Shown: positions 25,521 through 36,600 of the stretch, piece after piece
Numbering within the stretch: the stretch's first letter is position 1
How the letters are laid out: each line of letters begins with the position of its first letter
Assembly (NCBI GenBank): GCA_043228905.1
Contig: JBHGNT010000017.1
Coordinates: 13,144,001-13,208,000, forward strand
DNA length: 64,000 nt
From: Azolla caroliniana
Lineage: Eukaryota; Plantae; Polypodiophyta
Direction: 5' to 3'
Position numbers and translations under genes: made by a program
The notes under the pieces: generated by a model
What the model was told of the DNA's origin: nothing
Seen by the model: only the letters and a program-made list of their open reading frames with translations
The model's database searches: none

Positions 25521-28500
25521 TTATAAATTACCATTGGAAATGTCTACAAATCTCCTATAAACAACTAAGCTCTTGCTAGTCAGTGGAACGAGTCTACATA
25601 TATTATCCGCATATTGAACTCGGTATGGAGTCCACAACCATGCACCTAGTTGGCAGCTCACTATTTGCACCAGGTACTGTTCAGGCATTTCCTCGGGTAG
25701 AATGAGACAGCATCTCCGAATATTGAAGTAGTGTCGGAAATGTTCTGTATCCAAAATCAATGTATTGTCGACATTATATTCAGGCCAAGTAGCCCAAAAA
25801 TCAGAAAGTCTCTTGAATCTTGCAGCTTCCATTTGCTCACAATTTTCTCGTGCCCATTGACCTTTAAAACGACTTCGCCATTTTGGGAAGAATCTTGCCA
25901 AACACTTCCACACATCTGATTTTGGTTTTTCACTCCAAATAAACAAATCAAAGTATTCCACAGCCCACTCTAGAAATTGATTTGCGTCCCTCCTTGGTTG
26001 CATATATCTCACACTCATCAAGACTTTATCAAGCTCCAAGATCAAGGCTCTTCTTTCGACTTCTAGTGGTTTAGGTTTCCAATCCTGAAACTGAGCCGTT
26101 GTTACACCATTTTCTGGTAGGATACGATCAATCTCAATCAGCTCAGGTTCGGCTGACACAACTGGTGTCCTTTTCCTCTTTAAACCCCTAGTCGACTGTG
26201 TTGGGCCTAGCTTCACATTCTGGTGCTCTTGTTTTGTCGACTTAGTTATCAATCCTTGGATTACCTCAATGCATGTAGCTACTGATCTGCTCGATATCAG
26301 TCCACTGGTATCACATGCTGCATCTACCTGCAACACCAAGTCATCCGTGCTACATGCTGCATCTACCTGCAACACCAAGTCATCCGTGCTACATGCTGCA
26401 TCAACTTGTGTGACCAGATCACTTGTGTCAGTTGCTACATCTACTTTCAAGATGGGGCCCTTTAAACATGCCGCAACATCAACAGTATCCACACTGCCAT
26501 TGGCCTTACGAGCAATAGAATCAAACCCTTTAGACTCTGCAACATCAGAAAACACCAACATATTCACACTCACAAAGTAACTAATAGTCTCACAAAACAA
26601 TATCCTGAACATCAAAGAGTTTCAGTCATAGAGCAACACTCTTCAAATTATCTTGGAAAAACATCATAGAGTTCCATTACATAATGTGGATCAAGCAACA
26701 ACCAATCTGAGGTTTTACTTGTCCAACAGGATAGTAAAACTTCATAAAACCCTAGCAAAATCCCTAAGCTAACAATCATATCCAACTAAACAGTATTTCG
26801 CTCCACTACGTCTGGGCCCCTTGACCGAGTAACTGGTCTTGTTCCCGATCGTGGCCCCTTCTTCAGCCTTTTTCTGGTTGGTTCCCCATTTAGCCTTGCT
26901 TCTAGGACCCAATGCGCAAGTGTGTCCTCCTCCGACAACCTTCCCATTGCCTCAGCAGCTAATTGCACATCAGCCGTTTCTTGAACTAGCTTTTCAAGTA
27001 CAGAGGGATCTGTTTGGACATTTTCAGTAGTTGGGCTCGGTGGGGTGGAATCAAGGTCTTGAGACTCGAAGAAATGTTGCATCAAGTGTTCATAAACACT
27101 GTTGTTGTGAACCTCAGTTTTACATGTTGTTTCCACTATTTCATGGCATTTCACATCGTTGCCTAATTCAGTACACTGTTCCAAAAGAATAGGGTGCAGC
27201 TGATCTGAAGGAGATGTGATAGCAGGACTCTTACTTTCAGCCACATTGGCAGTAGTATCCTCATCTGTTGCAGCATCATCAGCACCAGACACATCATGTG
27301 CCGTCCTTAATCCACAAGATTCTACAATAACATGACAGTTATTTAGGATAGCTAATTAGCTACTTTACTAAACTATGGTAGAAGCTAGGATAGCTAATTA
27401 GCTAGTACGATAGCTAATTAGCTAGTATGATAGCTAATTAGGTACTTTACTCAACTATGGTAGTAGTTAGGATAGCTAATTAGCTACTTTACTCAACTAT
27501 GGTAGTAGCTAGGATAGCTAATTAGCTACTTTACTCAACTATGGTAGTAGCTAGGATAGCTAATTAGCTACTTTACTAACTATGGTAGTAGCTAGGATAG
27601 CTAATTAGCTACTTTACTAACTATGGTAGTAGCTAGGATAGCTAATTAGCTACTTTACTAACTATGGTAGTAGCTAGGATAGCTAATTAGCTACAATGAA
27701 AGCTAATTAGCTACTTTCTCAACTATGTAGTAGCTAGGATAGCTTATTAGCTACTAGGACAGCTAATTAGCTGCCAGTAGCTAATTAGCTACTAGGATAG
27801 CTAATTAGCTACTTTACACAACTATGGCAGTAGCTACTAGGATAGCTAATTCGCTAGGATAGCTAATTCGCTAGTAGGATAGCTAATTAGTTGCCAGCAG
27901 CTAATTAGCTAGTAGGATAGCTAATTAGCTACTAGGATAGCTAATTAGTTGCCAGTAGCTAATTAGCTAGTAGGATAGCTAATTAGGTACTTTACTCAAC
28001 TATGGTAGTAGCTAATTAGCTAGTAGGATAGCTAATTAGCTACTAGGATAGCTAATTAGCTGCTAGTAGCTAATTAGCTACTAGGATAGCTTATTAGCTA
28101 CTTTACACAACTATGGCAGTAGCTAATTAGTTACTAGGATAGCTAATTAGTTGCCAGTGGCTAATTAGCTAGTAGGATACCTAATTAGCTTTTTTACACA
28201 ACTATAGTACTAGCTAATTAGCTAGTACCATAGCTAATTACCTACTAGGATAGCTAATTAGCTAGTAGGATAGCTTATTAGCTACTTTACACAACTATAG
28301 TAGTAGCTAGGATAGCTAATTAGCTACTATGGTAGCTAATTAGCTACTTTACTCAACTATGGTAGTAGCTAGGATAGCTAATTAGCTACTTTACTCAACT
28401 ATGGGAGTAGCTAGGATAGCTAATTAGCTACTTTACTAACTATGGTAGTAGCTAGGATAGCTAATTAGCTACTTTACTAACTATGGTGGTAGCTAGGATA

Positions 28501-31089
28501 GCTAATTAGCTACAATGAAAGCTAATTAGCTACTTTCTCAACTATGTAGTAGCTAGGATAGCTTATTAGCTACTAGGACAGCTAATTAGCTGCCAGTAGC
28601 TAATTACCTTCTAGGATAGCTAATTAGCTGCCAGTAGCTAATTAGCTACTAGGATAGCTTATTAGCTACTTTACACAACTATGTCAGTAGCTAATTAGCT
28701 ACTATGATAGCTAATTAGCTAGTAGGATAGCTAATTAGTTGCCAGTAGCTAATTAGCTACTAGGATAGCTAATTCGCTAGTAGGATAGCTAATTAGTTGC
28801 CAGTAGCTAATTAGCTAGTAGGATAGCTAATTAGCTTTTTTACACAACTATGGTACTAGCTAATTAGCTAGTACCATAGCTAATTAGCTACTAGGATAGC
28901 TTATTAGCTACTTTACACAACTATGGCAGTAGCTAATTGGTTACTAGGATAGCTAATTAGTTGCCAGTGGCTAATTAGCTAGTAGGATAGCTATTTAGCT
29001 TTTTTACACAACTATGGTACTAGCTAATTAGCTAGTACCATAGCTAATTAGCTACTAGGATAGCTAATTAGCTAGTAGCTCATTAGCTGCCAGTAGCTAA
29101 TTAGCTAGTAGGATAGCTAATTAGAAAAGACTAAGCTTATTAGCTACAGTATGGTATACCTGTTAGTTTTCTCCACTCATTTGGTAGAGTTGTACTGCAA
29201 TCTCCCAAACAGAATGCAGCAATTCAACAGGCATGTTGAAAACAAAGCAGATGGTATGTGTGGTTGCATGGTTGTAGGTGAACCAACAAAGACGCAGTTT
29301 TGTCCTCCACACCTAACCCGCAAGCGATGCAACGTGCTTGAACTGTCAATAAATCATTTTCTGGTTCTACTTCATTTGGTAAGGGAGCAAGAATGTTCAG
29401 GTCCAAATCTTGTCTGGTCCTTACCATTCCCTCCACAAAATGTAGCTTCTTCTTAAGGCAGCTAACTACCTGTTCTTAATGAATGTATTGTTCCTTCAAC
29501 GCAACAGAGAAATTTACCGATTAATTATTCTTGTTGTTGAAAGATACACCAACTTTGCTCAGGAATCGTTAACTTACTTGAAGCTTATCCAAATTGTAAT
29601 CTGCAACAGTATTTACACCTAGAAGGTCCAGGTTCATTGAAAGAACCTGGATCTCTATTTGCAGTTCTATTTTACGCTGGGGATCCAGTGGCCCCTCTAA
29701 TTCAAGCTCCTGTTGCGCAACCTATTCCAGATAATGCTTGATTAGCACATTTTACCCGTTATTTATAACACAATCACATACCAGCAAAACAATAGTTACC
29801 TGAATCTTATTTCTAATTGTTGTAACAGCAGAAGTAACTTTGCTCTCCATTGCAGAAGCCATTGTGGCTTTCTCTAAATCAGTCTTAAAAAATGCCAATG
29901 TCTCACAGGCTTCATGGACATTTTTTAGCATATAGCTAACCAATGTCTCACCTGTATCATCGACATTGGCTTTCCTTGGGTGTCGGTGTGGTGTATGCCC
30001 CCGGTCTTGCTGGGAGTCGGCAGTTGCATCAACAGCTGCCATGCTCCAAAATCTGTCTATTTTTTGTGCCAAGGTCCCCATCTTTCGGCATCTTTTTACC
30101 GATGCCTCACCATAGACTGCCCAAGCTACCCTATACATTTTAGGGTCTCTAGATTCCTTCGCTGTTTTGCAGTACTCATATGCAAATGCTCTAGCAAATG
30201 AAACTGACAACTCATTGTTGACTGGGATCTCCTGATGAACTTTCTGGTGCAGTCTCATGCAGTCATCGTACAAGTCGGCTCGTACATGCTTCAGCTTGAC
30301 CTTGCCTTTGACTCTAGGCACTGTATATACTGTCATCCAGTCTATATCACTGATCAATTTATCACTTAGGACAGCAGGGTCAACACCCTCGAGTGACAGA
30401 CCATAGGTGTTGTGGAAGTCCTCCTTTGTCTCGCAAAATTTTGCGAAGTTTAGCACTCTCGTATACGGAGGAACGAGCCATCTAAAATATCATTTCAGAA
30501 ATCAGAAATAGTGCAAAATCAGAATATGTGAGAATCAAAAACCCCAATCAACAACAACAAAAATGGTGCAAAATCTTTAACTTAGCAAATCAGAAACCCT
30601 AATCATAATTTGTATTCAGAAAATTGAAATCAGAAACCCTAATCAAAATCTGTAATCAGAAGTTTGAAATTAGAAACCCTAATCAAAATCTGTAATCAGA
30701 AGTTTGTAACCAGAGACCTTATTCAGAAATTCTAATCAGAAATTTATAATCAAAAACCCTAATCAGAAATTTCAATCAGAAACCCTAATCAAAAATTTCA
30801 ATCACAAACCCTAATCAGAAATCCTAAGCAGAAATTTATAAACAAAAACCCTATTCAGAAATTCTAATCAGAAATTTATAATCAAAAACCCTAATCAGAA
30901 ATTTCAATCACAAACCCTAATCAGAAATTTCAATCACAAACCCTAATCAGAAATTCTAATAAGAAATTTATAAACAAAAACCCTAATCAGAAATTTCAAT
31001 CAGAAACCCCAATCATCACTAAAGACAGGATTAAACACAAAAAAAGTAATATAAACACACCTGTTGCTACTCCCCGATTTGCGAGACAT
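25521..31089 (-). CDS. Transposon accessory gene(s): unknown N-terminal domain, coiled coil, RING-H2 finger, acidic linker, FCP1/NIF-like HAD domain (at least one in-frame stop)
   Basis: Phase-compatible GT-AG exons 31089-31061, 30481-29800, 29721-29578, ~29490-29160 and 27321-~26800, then ORF ~26536-25521 (this last join is unresolved). CIAC..PCNHTYHLLC..CLGDC; LILELDKVLM..FLEWAVEYFDLFIWS..NTLILD. Confidence 0.72.
26312..26420 (-). repeat. 39-bp coding tandem repeat (VDAACSTDDLVLQ)
   Basis: Two exact units plus degenerate flanking units in ORF 25521-26615. Confidence 0.9.
27345..29146. repeat. Second intronic TAGCTAATTAGCTA satellite with longer linkers (e.g. CTTTACTCAACTATGGTAG)
   Basis: Fills the predicted minus-strand intron 27322-29159. 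Confidence 0.97.
30535..31015. repeat. Degenerate AAACCCTAATCAGAAATT tandem array (telo-box-like) in intron 1 of the accessory gene
   Basis: More than 10 AAACCCTA(A) motifs interspersed with ATCAGAAATT. Confidence 0.85.
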
Positions 31090-32124
31090 CCTTGTATGGG
31101 ACTCCAAGGACTTCGCCCTATTCGATTTTGGGGAAATATGAATCGGCACCAAAGTTCAGACAGTAGTCAAAAAGAAAAAACAAATGTTTGGGGTTTCTGT
31201 AACTGAAACATACCTGGACGATGATCGAGCGGGTTCTGTGTTGTAGCTCTCAATCTGCAATGTCGATTTTTTGCTGTTGCGGGAGCTACGTCTGCGTTCG
31301 TGCTCTGAGTACTCCATCTGCGTTCAAAATCAGACTTAGGCTAAACAGGAAATTGATGACATTGAAGTCGACCTTAGATGATGGTGATATTCCCCAAGTT
31401 CCACTACGTCTGAAACAGAAGTTCAAATATTTGAGTTTTTTCATAAATTAGTTTTTCAAATATTTGATTTTCCCACAAAAAAGACTAGCTAAACAAATAG
31501 CTAATTAGCTATGGCCATTTTAGTAGCTAATTAGCTATAATAGTGTTTCCACTCGCATGCTTTTACCCTACTGCTCATGTTGTCGCAGTACAGGGAAGTC
31601 GGATCCTTGATTGGTACGCCCAGATCCTTCAAAATCCTCTTGAGCCATACGGCTTCACACGCAACTACAGCTGCACCCCTGTATTCCGCTTCTGTACTCG
31701 AAACAGCGACGGTGGGCTGCTTCTTGCTACTCCAGGATATTGCTCCGCTGCCGAGGGAGAAAACAAATCCGGAAGTTGATCTTCTATCAGTTTTGTAGCC
31801 GGCCCAATCGGCGTCTGTGTACCCCTCGAGTCGTATTGGCATCGCGGTCTTGTAGAGGATGCCGCAATCCATTGTGCCGCTCACGTAGCGTAGAACTTAC
31901 TTAGCGCAATCCAAGTGAGTATCACGCGGTGTTTGCATGAATTGGCTAAGGAGACCGACCGGATAACTCAGATCGGGTCATGCGATCGTGAGGTAGATGA
32001 GACTCCCGATGAGTTGCCGATACTGAGTCGGCTCACACGCTGTCGTAGTGTAATTTGTACACTACGTGAAAAATTACATTTTTGGTCTCTCCGGATAGGA
32101 CATGGAGTACCCGGTGAGAACCGG

Positions 32125-32844
32125 TGTCGTAGTGTATTTTGTACACTACGTGAAAAACGTATATAGTATTAGATTCAATAAAAAATGAAGAAATAGAAGA
32201 AAATAGCAAAATAAATGGAACATGCATAGGGCAAGATTCGAACCTTGCACCTCCATGTTAATAATGTAATGTCTTACCATTACACTAGCATTTCATTAGT
32301 GTTAAAGCATAGATGTCCCACATAGAAAGGTAAATTCACGCTAGGATAAACATTAGAAAAACGCATAACAAAAGAAAAAGCTACACATACACATCTAACG
32401 TGCATGATAAAAAAACGCACAAGTTAGAAAAAAGCATGATCACTTTAGATAAAGCATATAGTCTATCTATAGGAAAAGCATGGGGTCTATAGTTAGAGAA
32501 AAAGCATGGATTACTAAGACTTCCTCATCACTACATAAGGATGGGGAGCACAATGTAATTGTGTGTGAAAAATATTTGGGAAATTGGATATATTTCCTAA
32601 AACACCAACAATCAATAAAATATACTCGTGGGATTCACGAGTTTAAGATAATCTATCTCTATCAATCTAAATACATATTTTTACATAAATATTAATCAAT
32701 AAAATACATTATACTTGTGGGATTCACAAGTTTCTAATAATCTACTCATAATTATAATAGTCTCAAATTCTTCCTCCTCCTAGTCCAAAACCCCGGTGGT
32801 TCCCACCCGACTCACGCAACGATCCGGAGCCAAAAGGCACGACA
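32125..32844 (+). mobile_element. Solo LTR of a sister subfamily nested in the 5' LTR (TSD CCGG)
   Basis: TGTCGTAGTG...GGCACGACA termini; CCGG at 32121-32124 and 32845-32848. Confidence 0.92.
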
Positions 32845-33660
32845 CCGGAAGAAGGAACCGGTAAGGACCGAAACCGGCAAGGAGACCTGGCAAGAGCCAG
32901 ATGAAGAAGGCCGGTGAGAGTTGGTGAGAAACGGACGAAGAGATCGGTAAGGAGGTCCTGGTAAGAACCGGACAAAGAAAACTATCAAGCACCGGATGAA
33001 GCAAACCCGGAAAGAGCCGGATGAAGAAGGTCGGTGAGAGTCTCTCACCGGATGAAGAGACGTATTTGTAAATAGAAGAAAGTATAAATATATATATATT
33101 ACATGCAGAGGGCAAGATTCAAACCTTGCACCTCCATGTTAATAATGTTAAGCCTTATCATTGTAGTAGGGTATTATGAATTTTAAAGTTATACTAAACT
33201 TTATTCCATGTAAAATTTCTATACATGCATGGTACAAAAGTTATTCATGCATAGACACTCGAGTTAGAAAGAAAAGATGAGATAGAAAGCTAATCATGCA
33301 CATGTAGTGTCCATGAAAACTAAAGATAGAAAAAGCATGATGCTTGCATGTGATAAACTTAGACTCTTCCAACACTATATAAGGAAGAGAGAAAGATGTA
33401 TAGAGGTTGTTGATTATTTTACAAGGGTTGATTAATATAAGATAATCATGGGATTCACGAATTTGCTAACTATTCTCTCTTAATTTGATTACTCACTAGT
33501 ACACTATACTTGTGGGATTCACGAGGTTTTCATATCTTTCTTTCTTACAATAAATTTCATATTCTTAATTGCCTTAGAATTTTCTTTCCTCCTAGTCCAA
33601 AACCCCAGCGGTTCTCACCCGACTCACGCAACGATCCGGAGCCGAAAGGCACGACACAAG

Positions 33661-33677
33661 TGGTGAACCCGACGTGA
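33661..33677 (+). promoter_or_regulatory. Primer-binding site complementary to tRNA-Trp
   Basis: TGGTGAACCCGACGTGA is the reverse complement of the eukaryotic tRNA-Trp 3' end (TCACGTCGGGTTCACCA), recalled from memory. Confidence 0.75.
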
Positions 33678-36600
33678 ACATGGGTGGCAAGGAGATGGAA
33701 AATCAACCGGAGGCTAACAACATGATGATGATGTTCGAGCGGATGCTTCAGGAACAACGTGCGATGTGGGTGATAGCGGCGGTAGTAGAGAGGCTCGTGC
33801 AACGGATCGGGCAATTCAACGGAAAGGACGTATCACGCTATCTTCGGGACTACAAGGCGGAAATGCTACGGTGCGGGATTTCGGAAGGACTACAAGTGGC
33901 ATCCTTCAACCGGGTGGCTACCGATGGGCTTCAAGCAAGTATCCACGGGCTACGACAACAAAATCCGACGTGGGAAGCGTTTGAAGAGGCGCTAAAGACC
34001 ACATTCGCTATCGAGGACTCCTCCAAGGCAACGCGGAGAGGATTCGAGGATTGGGTAGAAATGCCGGACAAGGGGATGAAGGTCCTCGATGTGTTTTCGG
34101 CATTCGAAAGTCAGTTCGGGAGGTTGTCTGCGAGAGATCAAGCTATCCTCGCACCGGACAAAGTTATCATGTTCTTACGAGCTGTAGACGTCCGGGACCG
34201 GAAGGATCTTGGAGTGCTTCTAGAGGACACGACTATCGAGATCAGCCTCACCGAAACATGGGAAAGCGTGCGGGATATCGTCGCGCGATACACAAAAGGG
34301 GGCAATGGCTTGCCAACGAAGAAAAGAGGGTTTCGGAATCGAGATCCGGATTGGAAGACCATCAACCGCGGGCTCAGGAAGCTACGACTGAGAAGGGAAT
34401 CGACACAACTACGGTGGAGCAGTTGCTGAAAGAGATGGAGAATCTAAAAATCGCGATGGTGAAGAAGTCAGATGACCGTCCCACATGTTCCAAGTATATG
34501 GACCGTCAATGCATATGGTGCGATAGCACCGAACATGATCGGAGGGATTGCGACGGGCACAAAGAGGCATTACGACGGGATCTTATCTACTATGAGGGAA
34601 ATCGGATTCATTCGATGGACTCTTGGAAGCCACTCCGACCGAACTTCGGGAAAGGCGGCGTAAAGAAGATCCTAGAGGACGAAATAACGGCGAATAACAA
34701 TTACACGACAACTGCGGGAATACGTGTCGGGGAGTCATTGGGATCAAAGATGTCTTTTTGGCCGGAAGTGCTAGAAAACACCGAGAAAACCGACTCTAAC
34801 GAGATCCGAAGCACCGCGGAAGGCATCCGGGAAGCTACGGGATGGGAGTGCCCCATCGATAAGAATAGTGTGTTTGCTTTATGCCAATTGCATGAAGTGT
34901 ATGTAGATGAGAAGCGACGGCGCACGGATGAGGCGGCCGGTCCATCGAAGACACCGGAAAGCTGGAACTCCGGAGGTAAGGGAAAAGAAAAGATGATTCC
35001 GGCATTCAAGCTCGCCTCGGACATCGAACAACAAACGGACTTGAAAAAGGTGTTCAAGGAGAGAATCCTCGATAGCCGGGTAGATTTTTCGCTTCGAGAA
35101 TTACTCGGAATAGCGAAGAAGGAGTTCCACGATCTTCTTGTGGATCTCGTGAAGAGAAAAAGGCAAAGTACGGAGGAGAACGCTCCAAGGGTGAATGCAA
35201 ATACCGTTCTAATGAATGACACCGAATTGGAGGACGAAATACCGAATTCTCACTACACAAAGCCACACTGGGCACGCGCAACTACGGAGACTCCGGTCCG
35301 AATCGGTAACATCAAAGAGCCCGTGCTAGCATTGATTGATCACAGATCGGAGATCAATTTGATGTCCAAGGAATTCTAACGGAAGGGTAAGTGGCCTATT
35401 AACACGAATCATGGGTGGAAGATCCGGGCGGCCACTAAAGCAACGGAAGATCTATTTGCGGCTTGTCCGGATGTGATGGTGAAGATCGGGGATGTCGAGA
35501 TCGACCAAAATTTCTTCGTACAAGACGAGGTCTCACACTCCGTGATCCTCGGCCAACCTTTTATCACGGCATCACGGATGGAGACAAAGGTGCTCGATAG
35601 CGGTGCGGCTTTTGCGCGAATTCGGAGCCAAAAAGAAGGGAAATCCGTCCAATTCCTAACGGTGCCGGCAAATCATGAAAGGAACAAGAGAGAGCTCTTG
35701 TCCCAAACAAGAATGGATTTTTAGAACGGACTGTTGCGGAGTGGGCAAGTGATAGTCCGAGAAGCCCTGATACCCCACACAGGAAGAAACCTCTCGATGC
35801 AAAACAAGTACGAATCGGTCCGGATGGGGCATCCACGTACACGGCCGTAACCGGAGGAATGAAGAAAGAATACCGAAAAGTGGAGGATAAGTTACGGTCG
35901 GCATCAATAATAAAAGAAGATGAAGAAATCGTGGGAATAGTCGAAGAAGTGTTCTATGGGAGCACACTACAACGGCTTGAAGAGCTCGCGGAAGATACAA
36001 GCCAGGGAAACTAGGTAATTCCGGTGGAGTCAGTTGAGATGTACGAGATCATTGAGAAAATGGGGCCGGATGCGCTCCGCAAAGAAGAAGCAATGGTAAG
36101 TACGAAATATAAGACCGTGGAGAAGAAAGTGAAACCGGCCGCGGGACCGTTACCCGCAGATAGCAAACAAAAGAGGAAAGAAGTCTCGGGGGATCCGACA
36201 CTTCGGAAGTCCATGGATATCGGACATGCCTTCACGGATGAGACCCGGAAGAAACTTCGATACCGAGAGTTGCATCCGACATTCTCACCGACAATCAACT
36301 TCAAATGGATGGTCGACATTGTAGCCATGCCAACCAGGATCGGACAAAAGAAGTACTTGGTGTTAGCTCGGGAAGATCTCACAAATCAAGTAGAAGGTCG
36401 GGCGCTACGGAGGAAAACGTGTTCTATGGTATGCCAATTCCTTTTGGAAGAAGTGTTTTGTAGGTACGGGTGCATAGGACAAGTGATTGCGGATCGGGGA
36501 GAACTTGACTCCGATAAAGCTAGGGGATTCTTCGCCAAACATGGAGTTCGGTTAACACTAACAACGACATACAATCCGGAAGCCAACGGGAAGGTCGAGC

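Larger units (their letters stand above)
19528..31568 (+). mobile_element. 12.0-kb cut-and-paste DNA transposon, Sola2-like
   Basis: TIRs GGGTGAAAGCATGCGAGTGGAAACA (19528-19552) and TGTTTCCACTCGCATGCTTTTACCC (31544-31568), 24/25 match. 4-bp TSD TACT, confirmed against the empty site AGATACTGCTCATG in the sister Copia at ~13474. GRG termini, 4-bp TSD and transposase motifs fit Sola2. Confidence 0.9.

Noticed and set aside
30535-31015. Telomere or interstitial telomeric tract
   Set aside because: AAACCCTA motifs are interrupted by other sequence and lie in a predicted intron, not a (TTTAGGG)n run.
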